IMG/VR virus record: IMGVR_UViG_2541047875_000007
Span: 1-42,110 of that record
Direction: 5' to 3' (one strand)
DNA from: a virus
Taxonomy: Duplodnaviria; Heunggongvirae; Uroviricota; Caudoviricetes
Length of the DNA stretch: 42,110 nucleotides
Part shown: positions 1 to 10,577 of the stretch, piece after piece
Numbering within the stretch: the stretch's first letter is position 1
How the letters are laid out: the number at the start of each line of letters is the position of its first letter
Position numbers and translations under genes: made by a program
Notes under the pieces: model-generated
Seen by the model: the letters and a program-made list of their open reading frames with translations, nothing else
What the model was told of the DNA's origin: nothing
The model's database searches: none

Positions 1-1158
1 ATGCTCACCGTTAAGCAGATTGAAGCAGCAAAGCCGAAAGAAAAACCATACCGCCTACTCGATGGTAATGGCCTGTACCTTTATGTCCCTGTGTCAGGGA
101 AAAAGGTATGGCAGCTTCGCTACAAGATTGACGGTAAGGAGAAAATCCTGACCGTAGGAAAATATCCGCTTATGACTTTGCAGGAGGCAAGGGATAAAGC
201 ATGGACTGCGAGGAAAGACATCTCGGTTGGCATCGATCCGGTAAAAGCGAAAAAGGCTTCGTCTAACAACAATTCCTTTAGTGCGATTTACAAGGAATGG
301 TACGAGCACAAGAAGCAAGTCTGGTCAGTAGGCTATGCAACTGAACTTGCCAAAATGTTTGATGACGACATTTTACCCATCATCGGCGGTCTTGAGATTC
401 AGGATATTGAGCCGATGCAACTGCTGGAAGTAATCCGCAGATTTGAAGATCGCGGTGCAATGGAGCGAGCCAACAAAGCCCGCAGAAGATGCGGCGAGGT
501 TTTTCGTTACGCTATTGTCACCGGAAGGGCTAAATATAACCCGGCACCTGACCTTGCAGACGCCATGAAAGGATACCGCAAGAAGAACTTCCCGTTTCTT
601 CCAGCAGACCAGATCCCTGCATTCAACAAAGCACTGGCAACATTTTCAGGAAGCATCGTATCGCTCATTGCGACCAAAGTTTTACGCTACACAGCCCTAA
701 GAACGAAAGAGCTTCGTTCCATGCAATGGAAGAACGTCGATTTTGAAAACAGGATTATCACCATCGACGCCAGTGTGATGAAGGGGCGAAAAATTCATGT
801 GGTTCCTATGTCAGACCAGGTGATTGAACTTCTCACTACGCTAAGCTCAATCACTAAACCAGTGTCAGAGTTTGTTTTTGCCGGGCGCAACGATAAGAAG
901 AAGCCAATCTGCGAGAACGCGGTATTGCTTGTGATCAAACAAATTGGCTATGAAGGGCTGGAAAGCGGTCACGGATTCAGGCATGAATTCAGCACGATTA
1001 TGAACGAGCACGAATGGCCTGCTGATGCTATTGAAGTGCAACTGGCACATGCCAACGGCGGATCTGTGCGCGGTATTTACAACCATGCGCAATATCTCGA
1101 TAAGCGCAGGGAGATGATGCAGTGGTGGGCGGACTGGATTGATGAGAAGGTGGAGTGA
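1..1158 (+). CDS. int: Tyrosine integrase of the tRNA-associated P4/CP4-57-like family; ATG at window position 1
   Basis: 385-aa ORF; N-terminus MLTVKQIEAAKPKEKPYRLLDGNGLYLYV typical of the P4-type integrase arm-binding domain; C-terminal catalytic region with R...HxxR...Y pattern. Resembles the argW-associated prophage integrase (intS-like) from memory. Confidence 0.9.
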   Translation: MLTVKQIEAAKPKEKPYRLLDGNGLYLYVPVSGKKVWQLRYKIDGKEKILTVGKYPLMTLQEARDKAWTARKDISVGIDPVKAKKASSNNNSFSAIYKEWYEHKKQVWSVGYATELAKMFDDDILPIIGGLEIQDIEPMQLLEVIRRFEDRGAMERANKARRRCGEVFRYAIVTGRAKYNPAPDLADAMKGYRKKNFPFLPADQIPAFNKALATFSGSIVSLIATKVLRYTALRTKELRSMQWKNVDFENRIITIDASVMKGRKIHVVPMSDQVIELLTTLSSITKPVSEFVFAGRNDKKKPICENAVLLVIKQIGYEGLESGHGFRHEFSTIMNEHEWPADAIEVQLAHANGGSVRGIYNHAQYLDKRREMMQWWADWIDEKVE

Positions 1159-1182
1159 ACCACCTTAACCACTATCGAAGAG

Positions 1183-1216
1183 CACAAAGCCTTGCAATCC
1201 AGTGCAAAGCTTTGTG
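1183..1216. repeat. Nested inverted repeat (13-bp arms, one internal mismatch) 25 nt downstream of the int stop
   Basis: CACAAAGC-c-TTGCA / ATCCAG loop / TGCAA-a-GCTTTGTG read directly from the sequence. Confidence 0.5.
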
Positions 1217-1314
1217 TGTCTCAGTTTTGTTTCATAGGTAATCATGCGTTCACTACGATGCAAGAATCCATACCAAATTTTATTTAAAACTCACAAATAC
1301 ACTAGATAAAAACA

Positions 1315-1337
1315 ATCCCGCAGTTTTCATGCGGGAT
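1315..1337. terminator. Hairpin between the convergent int and tailspike genes; likely intrinsic terminator for the tailspike transcript, possibly bidirectional
   Basis: 8-bp stem ATCCCGCA/TGCGGGAT with 7-nt loop; on the minus strand it is followed by TGTTTTTAT. Confidence 0.5.
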
Positions 1338-1355
1338 ATACTGCATTTATTGCAA

Positions 1356-3839
1356 CTACATTGCCATTAATATAAACATAGCCAATTCGTCATAACGAAT
1401 TCCGTAGCGTCCACCTGCTTTTTTTACAAGAATCATATTTCCTGTTTTATATTGAGAATAAATTTTCTCACCTGTATCAGGATCTGTGCTCTCTTCAGTT
1501 ATCACCTCTTCATCCCATACGTCTGGCCATTCATCGTAACACCAAAAAGCATATTGCTCAGGATTTAAACCACGCTTTCTAAGAATATCTCCTACGGTTT
1601 GAGCGCCAACTCCAAAATGATACCTTGATAACTCCAATCCTTTAAAATTAATCGACTCATTAAACCTGAACTTGCATATAATTCCCTTTATTTCCAGCGC
1701 AGCATCACGCTCTGCCTGAGTAATGTCATATATTGTTTTAAGTGTTTCATCTGATGTGCTTATAGTCCCGGATGCAGAATAAATCTGAGCCCATCTAAAT
1801 GATGGTGCACCAAGAGATTTGCTGTTATCAATAATTGGTGAAAAATTACCTTTAATGGCAATATTTCCAGAGTCGCCGAATATATTAATAACTGTAGAGT
1901 CATCACCATGGTTTTTTACGCTTAAGTTTCTTGATGAAATATTTATATCTTTGTTATATCCACTAACATTAATCCATCTTTTACCATCAATGTGATACCC
2001 GTAAATATTTCCGTTTGATTGTTCGTCAGGTGACTCTCTAAGAACAATAGCATCTACTCCAGACGACCATTGTATTTTTGTATCTGTAGGCCTCCAGTTC
2101 TTTATAATGAACGAACCATCAGTAAACTCCGTTTTTATTTGTCTATTGTCTACAAATGCGTCTCTTGGTTTAAACTCACTTGTGTTAACGCTGCTCTGAA
2201 GATCAGAAGCAAAAAATCTAAGATTTCCTGTATAACCCTGAGTCTCGGTCAGGTTATACGCAATCATAATTCCATTTTCAAACTCAGATGATGTTATTTT
2301 AACATCACGGCAATCACCAAAAATGCAATTTCCTTTATCAAATGTTGTTTGAGCTTTGAATTTATCAAACCTTAAATTACGAACAGGGAAACCATCAACC
2401 TCTAATGCAAAGGATGCAGGAAGGCCAAAGTATTCTGATGGCTTACCTGATGTATGATCAAGAGTAGTGGCTACTGTATTCTCAAAAACAGTCCCGCTAA
2501 AATTATTACCAATTGACGGAAACCTGATTACACTTATTGTACCTTGTATTTCAGGAGAAATACCAGATAGTGTGATGTTAGTTCCATCAAATGATGCATC
2601 TGAATACGTATATACTGATTCACTGCCAGCAATTTTAAACTGTTTAACTGAAGTTATTCTCATCGACTTTTTATGTTTAAATGTCACTGAGCTTTCAGTA
2701 TTACTTACAAGATCAATCTGAGGGCTATTCCTTATCGCGATTCCTGACTGGACATAAACGTTATTAAAGTGCGTTTTTTCAGGATTTCCCTTCATTGAAA
2801 GGCTCCCGTCATTTTCTGTCAGTAGTAGTCCTTTTACCCTCCAATAGCCGACAATCTGTACGTTATCAATAACTGAATCACAGCTATCGTATACATGCAA
2901 CCCTATATCCCAGTTATCACCCAATGAATAAGAATCAGGGTTATTGTATCCTTCAATACCATTTTTACTTACCATTATTCTCAGATTGCGTAACTGTGAT
3001 GCCCTGTTGATACTAACAGCTACGCTCATGGCTTTTGGTGTAGCAGGAGTAACACCTACAGAATCTTCATTCGTAAACTCAGTGAACTTACAAGATATCC
3101 CTTCAACAATTTTAACCGGTCTTTCATTAGAGATGTTAAAAAAATATTTGTTTTTTTCTCCATCACCAGTAAATACAAGATGGGTTCCTTTACTCCAACT
3201 TTTTAATAATCTTTCAGGCGCTGGTCTATATGTATCCCAATAATCAATGCCAGATCCAACCAGTGAACACCCCTCAGGAATGTTAATATTCTTCTTGATG
3301 ATGCATATTCCTTCCGGAATTGTTATAACCGACCTTCCAGAGTTTAAAGCTTTAATAAAAGCATCTGAATCATCTGTTTCCCCATCTATTTTTGCTCCCC
3401 ACCCTCTAACATCTCCACAATCTCTCCATCGTGCCATCTGCAACTCAGGATATTTTTTAGCGCCATCTGGATCTTCTAATTGCTGCCGTAGCTGATCGGG
3501 GTCATACTTCAGCACATTGGGAAAATAAAACTGCTGCGCACCATACGCATCATAAACAGCCATAGAATGGCCTTGCACGGTAACGAATTTGGCAATCTGT
3601 CCGTTATATACCGGATATCCGGCAGCGTTAATGATGATTGGTTGCGAAACAGGAACGTGAGAGCCGTCTTCGTTCTCTACATAAACCTGAATCTGGTTTT
3701 CTGGATTTACCGGGTCAGTGTCAATTTTACCGATATAAATTTTGCCATTGGCATTTGCTTTAAACGAGCGAGCTAAAGTAAATAACTGACTTGGTTGTGA
3801 AACAACTACGTTGTATAATTGTTCTGGCATAATAAACAT
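1356..3839 (-). CDS. Tailspike protein: P22 gp9-type N-terminal head-binding domain, divergent central beta-helix receptor-binding domain, C-terminal intramolecular-chaperone (peptidase S74-like) domain
   Basis: 827-aa ORF. N-terminus [11 protein letters not shown]...[40 protein letters not shown]...[14 protein letters not shown] matches the P22/HK620/Sf6 tailspike head-binding domain. C-terminal region contains TSTSDETLK...[13 protein letters not shown]...[10 protein letters not shown] resembling the S74 chaperone motif. Confidence 0.9.
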   Translation of the reverse strand: MFIMPEQLYNVVVSQPSQLFTLARSFKANANGKIYIGKIDTDPVNPENQIQVYVENEDGSHVPVSQPIIINAAGYPVYNGQIAKFVTVQGHSMAVYDAYGAQQFYFPNVLKYDPDQLRQQLEDPDGAKKYPELQMARWRDCGDVRGWGAKIDGETDDSDAFIKALNSGRSVITIPEGICIIKKNINIPEGCSLVGSGIDYWDTYRPAPERLLKSWSKGTHLVFTGDGEKNKYFFNISNERPVKIVEGISCKFTEFTNEDSVGVTPATPKAMSVAVSINRASQLRNLRIMVSKNGIEGYNNPDSYSLGDNWDIGLHVYDSCDSVIDNVQIVGYWRVKGLLLTENDGSLSMKGNPEKTHFNNVYVQSGIAIRNSPQIDLVSNTESSVTFKHKKSMRITSVKQFKIAGSESVYTYSDASFDGTNITLSGISPEIQGTISVIRFPSIGNNFSGTVFENTVATTLDHTSGKPSEYFGLPASFALEVDGFPVRNLRFDKFKAQTTFDKGNCIFGDCRDVKITSSEFENGIMIAYNLTETQGYTGNLRFFASDLQSSVNTSEFKPRDAFVDNRQIKTEFTDGSFIIKNWRPTDTKIQWSSGVDAIVLRESPDEQSNGNIYGYHIDGKRWINVSGYNKDINISSRNLSVKNHGDDSTVINIFGDSGNIAIKGNFSPIIDNSKSLGAPSFRWAQIYSASGTISTSDETLKTIYDITQAERDAALEIKGIICKFRFNESINFKGLELSRYHFGVGAQTVGDILRKRGLNPEQYAFWCYDEWPDVWDEEVITEESTDPDTGEKIYSQYKTGNMILVKKAGGRYGIRYDELAMFILMAM

Positions 3840-3852
3840 TCCGGAGAAAATA

Positions 3853-4353
3853 ATGAGTAAGAGACGTCACGAGGTAGTAACTCGGGAGCGCCTTATGGAG
3901 GTTCTCGATTACAATAAAGAAACAGGAATTTTCACTTGGAAAAAGAAATTAAGCGCCAGAGGTGCTGTTGGGAAAGTTGCTGGCACAATTTCTTATGGAT
4001 ATAACGCAATTAATATTGATGGCGTAAGATATTTTGCACATAGACTTGCCTGGCTGTATGTATATGGCGAATGGCCCAAACAAGAGATTGACCACATTGA
4101 TAGAAACAGAAGAAATAACGCAATCTCAAACCTTAGGGATGTCAGCAGAGTCGTAAATGCATTAAATGTCGGACCTCGAAATAGCAATGCTGGAATCAAG
4201 GGGGTAACTTTCTGTCAAGCCAGAAATCAATGGCAAGCTCAGATAAATGTCTCAGGTAAAAACATAACCCTTGGGAGATTCAACACCATTGATGAAGCGG
4301 CTATAGCTTATAAGGCAGCAAACATGGTTGCTGACCATCTGTTGAGTAGGTAA
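3853..4353 (+). CDS. HNH endonuclease with C-terminal AP2-like DNA-binding domain (homing-endonuclease-like)
   Basis: ORF-track ORF 3811-4353 trimmed to ATG 3853 preceded by GGAG. Contains [13 protein letters not shown]...[18 protein letters not shown] (HNH) and GVTF...QWQAQI...[16 protein letters not shown] (AP2-like). Confidence 0.7.
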   Translation: MSKRRHEVVTRERLMEVLDYNKETGIFTWKKKLSARGAVGKVAGTISYGYNAINIDGVRYFAHRLAWLYVYGEWPKQEIDHIDRNRRNNAISNLRDVSRVVNALNVGPRNSNAGIKGVTFCQARNQWQAQINVSGKNITLGRFNTIDEAAIAYKAANMVADHLLSR

Positions 4354-4420
4354 TGTCTGTCATTTAATTTGCTCCAGATACAAGGAATCGCCGCAGCATG
4401 GCTACGGTGAATTTTGGGCA

Positions 4421-4445
4421 TAAAAAAACCCAGCCGAAGCTGGGT
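4421..4445 (-). terminator. Intrinsic terminator downstream of ant (minus strand)
   Basis: Stem ACCCAGC/GCTGGGT with loop CGAA; followed on the minus strand by TTTTTTTAT. Confidence 0.55.
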
Positions 4446-4463
4446 CGTTGCGTTGGTTATCTG

Positions 4464-5366
4464 TCAGTAGTTATGTACTGAAGGAGGTAATTCTTTATTC
4501 TTAAGTCTCATCCATGCGGAAAGATTCGTTGGTCCGTCTGGCTCATTGATATCAACATCTCGTGTGTGATTGATTAAAACGTCTCTCGCCATTCCGATAA
4601 CATACGAGAACTCATGACCGTAGTCGTAGCATCTGCCTGAATAGTTCGATTGAATTTGTTTTAGCGCCGGATACAGTTCGCGGAATAATGCCTGTGAGCG
4701 GTTGGCATAATCCCATAACCATACAAGGCTGTTTGCTTCTTTTGCAGAAAGCTCGTTGGTTTTCTTCTCTTGTTTTCCGATGAACTCGCCTTCAAGCACT
4801 ACCCTGTGGATGTACTCTACTGCTTGCGGTATCTGAGATGAATCAAGCTCTTCAATACTTTCCACGTTGAAACGCTGATGAATCATTGCATAAGCTTCTG
4901 GGTACATTAGATGCTTTTTGCTGACTAGCATATTTACAGCATCACGAAGCGGAGTCCTGTCATCAACAGATGTTTTCTTACGTGCATTTTCTGCCTTTCC
5001 CTTCGTCCAGTAGTCATGCAGCACAGTAAAGCATTCTTCCTGGTACTGAATCAGTTTATCGCGAATGTCAGCACGAACTTTCTCAGGGTTGATGCTGAAC
5101 AGCCATCCATTTAACTTCTTCAAAGGAAGGCAGAGTAGCTTACGAAGCTTACCATCAGCGGCAACCATGTTCATATGAACACAGTTGAATTTGCTAATCT
5201 GCTTCATGAGTTTTGTTTGCTGCGTTGACCAGCTCATTCCAAGGTTTTCAACGATTGGCTTCATCGCAACATATGCAACTCCGGCAGTCATGGCGGTGAT
5301 AATCTGCTGACCATTGAAAGGTACGTAAGAGGTGTTCACTGCTTCTAAAATTGCTATACTATTCAT
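4464..5366 (-). CDS. ant: Antirepressor Ant (P22 immI)
   Basis: ORF-track 322-aa ORF begins at a TTG; the first ATG (5366, [10 protein letters not shown]...) gives 300 aa. Lies immediately downstream of arc as in P22 immI. Confidence 0.85.
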   Translation of the reverse strand: MNSIAILEAVNTSYVPFNGQQIITAMTAGVAYVAMKPIVENLGMSWSTQQTKLMKQISKFNCVHMNMVAADGKLRKLLCLPLKKLNGWLFSINPEKVRADIRDKLIQYQEECFTVLHDYWTKGKAENARKKTSVDDRTPLRDAVNMLVSKKHLMYPEAYAMIHQRFNVESIEELDSSQIPQAVEYIHRVVLEGEFIGKQEKKTNELSAKEANSLVWLWDYANRSQALFRELYPALKQIQSNYSGRCYDYGHEFSYVIGMARDVLINHTRDVDINEPDGPTNLSAWMRLKNKELPPSVHNY

Positions 5367-5434
5367 GTTGGTTTTTCTCCACGAATTTACTGACAACAGA
5401 AGCCCTGACTGTTCCCGCAGTTGGGGCTTCAACT

Positions 5435-5596
5435 TTACGCGCCAATACGCCCTTCCTTCTTAAAGCTGTCCATTACTCTCTGATAAATCTCAGAGTTAAC
5501 AGACCGACCATTCTCTTCCGCCACCTTGCGTACCAAATCCAATACTTCTTTAGGCCACCGCAAATTGAACTGCGGCATTTTGCTCATTCCTTTCAT
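5435..5596 (-). CDS. arc: Arc repressor
   Basis: 53-aa product [53 protein letters not shown], near-identical to P22 Arc from memory; GAGGTGA before the ATG. Confidence 0.9.
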   Translation of the reverse strand: MKGMSKMPQFNLRWPKEVLDLVRKVAEENGRSVNSEIYQRVMDSFKKEGRIGA

Positions 5597-5610
5597 GTTC
5601 ACCTCACAAT

Positions 5611-5660
5611 ATAGGTCCACGGTGGACCTATTGAGAATATAGTAGAGTGCTTCTATCATG
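5611..5660. promoter_or_regulatory. immI operator region: Mnt operator palindrome (5611-5631) and Arc operator (5640-5660) between the divergent arc/ant and mnt promoters
   Basis: ATAGGTCCACGGTGGACCTAT perfect palindrome; TAGTAGAGTGCTTCTATCAT with inverted TAGA half-sites; both match remembered P22 Omnt and Oarc. Confidence 0.7.
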
Positions 5661-5686
5661 TCAATACACTAACTTGGAGTGATGGC

Positions 5687-5941
5687 ATGGCTAGAGATGA
5701 TCCGCACTTTAACTTCCGCATGCCTTTGGAAGTAAGAGAAAAATTAAAATACAGAGCAGAGTCAAATGGTAGATCAATGAACTCAGAATTGTTGCAAATC
5801 GTCCAAGATGCTCTATCGAGACCATCTCCTGTAAAAGGTTATCGCAATGAAGCTGAACGATTAGCCGAGATGCAGGCTGAACAGTTCAAGTCTGTGGTAT
5901 TTGAGACACTTAAAAACATGTATGGCAAGGATGCAAAATGA
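5687..5941 (+). CDS. mnt: Mnt repressor (maintenance of lysogeny)
   Basis: 84-aa product MARDDPHFNFRMPLEVREKLKYRAESNGRSMNSELLQIVQDAL, Arc/MetJ-like ribbon-helix-helix N-terminus as in P22 Mnt; GGAG 7 nt upstream. Confidence 0.9.
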   Translation: MARDDPHFNFRMPLEVREKLKYRAESNGRSMNSELLQIVQDALSRPSPVKGYRNEAERLAEMQAEQFKSVVFETLKNMYGKDAK

Positions 5942-6519
5942 TCGATTACAACCCAGCAAAAAAAGAAATCATCGCAGCTAAAAAGTGCCTAGAGCAGATG
6001 AAATCATCTACAAACCATGATGATTTTGAAATGCACTGGCGAGAATGTCTTGGGCATATAGAAAAGTCTTTCAGTAAGTTGCTCTGTGCAACAAAGCCGG
6101 TTAGTGGAAAATTTAGCAGCCACTTCAACCAAAAGTTCATGCTTAGAAAAACAGACAAAACACTTGCTTACCTTCACCAAGCAAGAAATGCTGATCATCA
6201 TTCCACTATGGAAATCTCAAAACTTGAACCTCCTTATACTACTCTTGGGGCATTTCCTGGAGCAAGAAGCCATTATATTAAAGAGTTAATCATTGATTCA
6301 ACAGGGAAAATAGCAAAATACGAAGGCGACCCTATGATAGTTGAGTTTCATCCAGCAACAACTATGCCTATAACCGTAAGAAACCAAGGCAAAGATTATC
6401 CACCTCCAACAGAACATCTTGGCGAAAAGCTTGTTGATATACATCCATCTGTTCTTGCCCATCTCGGTATACAATTTTATGAAAAATGGATAGATGAGTC
6501 GTGTGCAACGTTTAGATAG
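5938..6519 (+). CDS. Hypothetical protein (193 aa), translationally coupled to mnt
   Basis: ATG overlaps the mnt stop (ATGA); AAGGA 6 nt upstream; no family recognised. Confidence 0.7.
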   Translation: MIDYNPAKKEIIAAKKCLEQMKSSTNHDDFEMHWRECLGHIEKSFSKLLCATKPVSGKFSSHFNQKFMLRKTDKTLAYLHQARNADHHSTMEISKLEPPYTTLGAFPGARSHYIKELIIDSTGKIAKYEGDPMIVEFHPATTMPITVRNQGKDYPPPTEHLGEKLVDIHPSVLAHLGIQFYEKWIDESCATFR

Positions 6520-6748
6520 TTATTTTTGATAATTTCAAGTATTTCCTCTTGACTTTGATTTACCCAAACGTGATCACACTCATGAAACCAGATTATGCTT
6601 CCTGTTTCGCCTTGTGCAATATAGGTGATCATGTTTTCATTAACAATTATTACTGAGTTATCATGTGCGTAATTTAGTTTTATCAATTCGCATATCCTAT
6701 CGTGACAAAGTAACTAGAAAAACTAAAGAGGTTGGTGTGTCTGATTCT

Positions 6749-7231
6749 ATGAGTTACGCTGTGCTAGTTGCCGCAACTCTATTTATGGGGATAGGGTTGC
6801 AGATTGCGTGGTTCTTTTTTTCTAGTTTTATTAAACGCAAAAGAATTGAATCAAGGATATCTGAGATTTCTATTGCCATAGGGAAAAATGCTGAAAATCC
6901 AGAGAATGAGACCTGCGCACTTAATTACCTTAAAGAAAAGTTTTCCCCTGAAAAATTTGAAAATAGAATTACTGATGCTCTTGGATTGGTAATATCAGTA
7001 ATTCATATGCCACTAAGTTTGCTGATAACAGTGTGGTACTTCGCCATGATCGCCGGAAGAATATTTGGTTTCATGAATATAGAGCCTGTAGTTCTTTGGG
7101 TTCCAATGATACTGCAACTGTTGTTAAGCGTTGCTATCTTTATTTTTTCTGTTTTTATAAAAATTGTCTTTGGAAGATACCCCGGAGAAGCTAAGGGATT
7201 TAATAAAGAATTCATAAAAACTATAAAATAA
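6749..7231 (+). CDS. Multi-pass membrane protein at the position of P22 sieA (possible superinfection exclusion); start uncertain
   Basis: Several hydrophobic segments ([58 protein letters not shown]). Alternative GTG start at 6737 has a better-spaced AAGAGG than ATG 6749. Confidence 0.55.
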   Translation: MSYAVLVAATLFMGIGLQIAWFFFSSFIKRKRIESRISEISIAIGKNAENPENETCALNYLKEKFSPEKFENRITDALGLVISVIHMPLSLLITVWYFAMIAGRIFGFMNIEPVVLWVPMILQLLLSVAIFIFSVFIKIVFGRYPGEAKGFNKEFIKTIK

Positions 7232-7253
7232 ATGCCGTCCTTGGCTTACAGTG

Positions 7254-9095
7254 CTACTGCCGTGTCGCTTCGTTAGCTAAGAGCGGGCGCACGGCAGTAG
7301 CAGCCTGATTTAGCGCTCTTTCATAAGCTGGCGTTCCAGCTTTAGTGTTTGCCAGACGTAAGAGCGCATTCCTTGCTGCTTTGGACTCATACAAACGCAT
7401 CATTGCACCAAAACCAGCCTCAATCCCCATTGATACTCCAAGAGTCGCAGTTGCGCCAATCGTCCTTATCCTGTTGGCTTGTGATTGCCCCGTCTGAGTT
7501 ACTACATTTGCGGTGTCTGACCTTGCTGTTTGCTGTAGAACTTCATGAAGAGCATCGAGCTCTTTCATGTGCTTTCCAGAAAAAATAGTGTTGTAAATTT
7601 CACCGCCTGACTGAGATTTAAGCTTATTAACTTCAGTGATGAACTTGGCTGGAGAGTCACCGGCCTTTTCCGCTATTTTGCTGACGTAAGCTGCACGCAT
7701 AGCATCTTTCCCTTTATCATCCAATGCGCTCCAGATTCGTTTCACGTCAGATGGTTTTCTGCTTAATACAACGGTATTTATAAGTTCAGGACTGGCTTCA
7801 CTGCTTGCCTTGTTGAGCTTGTTGGCAATGTTTTTATTAAGCACCTTATTATAAACGTTTGCATAATCGGAATTTGCTTTAAGGTATTTTGCTGCGTCTG
7901 ATGCACCGAGGTTTTTAGCAACTGCGTTACGAAGGTCTTTTGACATTGCATTCTCTACCATATTGGTAGCTGCTTTTGCCTGGTTGGGGAAGACCATAGC
8001 ATCTCCCTGAACATTAGATCTAAATGCTGTTCTGTGCTGACGCAAGAGATCAAACGTAACATCCAAATCAGTTGCAGGGTTTGCTAATTCTTCGCGTAGG
8101 TTACGCAAGGATGTAAGCAGGCTTTGATTGGCAGACGTCCCAAGCCGTTCCTGTCTTGCGATCGCTGTATTCAGAGCATTCATAGTGTTTGTGGTATCAA
8201 CTGCGGCATTCCCCATTTTATTGGTGACGTCATTGATAACAGCGCCAGCGGCATCCTTCCGTCCCCTTAACGTGGTGGTCAGAGATTTCACCACATCATC
8301 CGGGTTGTACTCACCAAAACGGTCAAAATAATTACTTACCAACTTACTACGCGTTGCATATTGCTCCGCTCGCTTTGAGCCTGTCCCGAGCAAAGCCCCC
8401 TCGGCATCCTGAGTAAGGCCGCGAGTGAAAGCATTTTTCGGCGGGATAACATCAGATGTCATTGGTGTCACGCCAATCGATTCTGATGTGGCAATTTTCT
8501 TCGCCACTTCTGGCGCAATATCACCTTTTATAGCCGTTATTCCACGCCCTATTCCCTTTGCTGCTGCGGAAAGAACCCCCTGAGCGGCAAGGTTAACTCC
8601 GGCATTTTTAGCTGCATTTTGTGCGAAATCGCCTTTCTGATTTGCGGCCTCTGCCAGTGATCCAATAGCCATGCTTCCTGCCGTTCCAACTCCTGGAACT
8701 AAATACCCACCAATTGTTTCACCGGCTTGTGCGTATGGGTCTGTCGGTCTGTCTACTGGACGATAAACATCATCCAAAACCTTGGGTCCACCAAGCCCAT
8801 GACTGATTGCATTAATCAGACTTGCGCCGCCCTGCAATACGTCAAATGGTATGTTTACCAGACCACGACCAGCCTGCTCTGCAATTTGCCCTGCACTTTG
8901 ACCACCTGTGAGCCAATCGCCAGCTTGTTGCATCAATGATGGTTCTTCACGTGCTGGTTCATTATTGGCCTGATTAACTGTTTGTTGCTGAACAGCCTGA
9001 CCAGCAAAATACTCATCAATGGCGGTGCCAATATCTTCCGTGCTCGTACCATCAGGGAAGGTAAATGTCTTACCGTTTGCAGTTACTTTCATCAT
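7254..9095 (-). CDS. Ejection (DNA-transfer) protein gp16
   Basis: 613-aa ORF in the conserved P22 order gp7-gp20-gp16; start overlaps the gp20 stop. Confidence 0.85.
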   Translation of the reverse strand: MMKVTANGKTFTFPDGTSTEDIGTAIDEYFAGQAVQQQTVNQANNEPAREEPSLMQQAGDWLTGGQSAGQIAEQAGRGLVNIPFDVLQGGASLINAISHGLGGPKVLDDVYRPVDRPTDPYAQAGETIGGYLVPGVGTAGSMAIGSLAEAANQKGDFAQNAAKNAGVNLAAQGVLSAAAKGIGRGITAIKGDIAPEVAKKIATSESIGVTPMTSDVIPPKNAFTRGLTQDAEGALLGTGSKRAEQYATRSKLVSNYFDRFGEYNPDDVVKSLTTTLRGRKDAAGAVINDVTNKMGNAAVDTTNTMNALNTAIARQERLGTSANQSLLTSLRNLREELANPATDLDVTFDLLRQHRTAFRSNVQGDAMVFPNQAKAATNMVENAMSKDLRNAVAKNLGASDAAKYLKANSDYANVYNKVLNKNIANKLNKASSEASPELINTVVLSRKPSDVKRIWSALDDKGKDAMRAAYVSKIAEKAGDSPAKFITEVNKLKSQSGGEIYNTIFSGKHMKELDALHEVLQQTARSDTANVVTQTGQSQANRIRTIGATATLGVSMGIEAGFGAMMRLYESKAARNALLRLANTKAGTPAYERALNQAATAVRPLLANEATRQ

Positions 9096-10567
9096 TCCAC
9101 CGTAAATTGAATGCCTGATTTTGAGGTATATGATCCGGATTGACTCTGCTGCTGTTGGGTATTTGTCGGTTGTTGGCTATTGCTCTGTTGTTGACTATTT
9201 GCAGCACTTGAAACCACCAAAGCATCATAAACGCGACCAGACTGACCACGTAATGAGTTATATTGGCCCTGCATTTTTCGCATTTTTGTTTCAGTAGCAG
9301 CCTTGGAATCACCGGGCTGAGGCAGGTACATTTTGGAATACTCCTGCATCTCTGGCAGAGTAATTGCTGCACCTGTTTCTGGGCGCAAAATTGCATACAA
9401 GGCGTCTCTCGCATTTACCATATATTGCTGCTCCGCTGGTGATAGGCTTAAATTTGCAATAGTCCCATCACCAAGAGAGCGATTTATTAATGCAACTCGC
9501 TTAGGGTCAATGCTTTTACTAAGCTGATTCATTGAGTCCATTGAATCTTTTAATCGCAAAGCAAATCCTGCCGCCTTCTTGGAACCCTCATTAGCCTTAT
9601 CTATGATGCTTTGCGCTTGTGGCAAGCTAATTGGTTTAATGCCATCACCAGATATAGGTTGGTTTAGTTTTCCGGCTTCCTCGCTGCCATCGGTGTAATA
9701 CTTAGTTACCGAGCCATCAGGATTGGTTTCAACCTTAAGTAATTTCTTAGCATTGGGATTAATTCCCGCCGCTGCCGCAAATGCCGCTGCACCATCTGGA
9801 TCCGCCTTTAACATTTGCGCGTACTGATTGTAATTCTGCATTGCGGCTGTTGGTGCATATGCTGACGTTAACGCATTTGCTCGGCTAATATCCTGCCCTC
9901 TCGCCTGAAGTGCTTCGCTGGCCTGATTGCTGCGGATTGTCTCTGCCAGTCTGCCTCGGTCAATCTCACGACCAGCTATCTTGTCCTGAACAGCAAACGC
10001 CTTTTCTGGCCCAAGCGCACCGAGAGACATAGTAGTCAGCATGTGTGATAACTGCTCTGGATTCTGGATACCTGTCTGAATCATCCAGTCAGCATTCGCA
10101 CCAACGCGATTTAACCTGTCCTTGTTGTCAGTAATGAATTTACTGTAGGCTTCCGGTCCCTGAGAAAGAGCGACGTTAGCCCTCATGGCTAAATCGCCCA
10201 TATCGTTACGTTGCTGATCATTAAGACCGGAAAACGCCTGTTGTGCCTGTGCAACAAACGCTGGATTTTCCTGGGCAAACTTAAATAGTCCCGATGGATC
10301 ACCAGAAGCCCATGCATCAGCGTGAACCTTATTGAACGCACTAATCGCTTTCTGTTGCTGTTCCTGATTGTAAATATCAGCAACTCCAGCCAGACCACGT
10401 AACGCGGTCAGACCAACGTTATTTGCACCTGAGCGAGCCAACTCATTGTTTTCGCGGATCAGACCAAGCGTTGCGTTAATGTCGCTTGCTTTTGGCGCAT
10501 TCTCATTTTGCGCACCAATGCCAGCCAGAAAACCACCAGAATTAATACCCTGTTGCCACGTAGCCAT
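9092..10567 (-). CDS. Ejection protein gp20
   Basis: 491-aa ORF, size and position match P22 gp20. Confidence 0.85.
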   Translation of the reverse strand: MATWQQGINSGGFLAGIGAQNENAPKASDINATLGLIRENNELARSGANNVGLTALRGLAGVADIYNQEQQQKAISAFNKVHADAWASGDPSGLFKFAQENPAFVAQAQQAFSGLNDQQRNDMGDLAMRANVALSQGPEAYSKFITDNKDRLNRVGANADWMIQTGIQNPEQLSHMLTTMSLGALGPEKAFAVQDKIAGREIDRGRLAETIRSNQASEALQARGQDISRANALTSAYAPTAAMQNYNQYAQMLKADPDGAAAFAAAAGINPNAKKLLKVETNPDGSVTKYYTDGSEEAGKLNQPISGDGIKPISLPQAQSIIDKANEGSKKAAGFALRLKDSMDSMNQLSKSIDPKRVALINRSLGDGTIANLSLSPAEQQYMVNARDALYAILRPETGAAITLPEMQEYSKMYLPQPGDSKAATETKMRKMQGQYNSLRGQSGRVYDALVVSSAANSQQQSNSQQPTNTQQQQSQSGSYTSKSGIQFTVE

Positions 10568-10577
10568 TGATTACCCC

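Noticed and set aside
6477-6686. 69-aa minus-strand ORF in the spacer between the post-mnt gene and the membrane protein
   Set aside because: It begins at a TTG, the first ATG gives only 51 aa with no clear ribosome-binding site, and it overlaps the 3' end of the 5938-6519 gene; kept only as a note in the first finding.
7251-7300. Long inverted repeat (GCTACTGCCGTG ... CACGGCAGTAGC) at the 3' end of gp16
   Set aside because: It lies inside the gp16 coding sequence with a 26-nt loop and no U-tract; more likely coincidental than a terminator.
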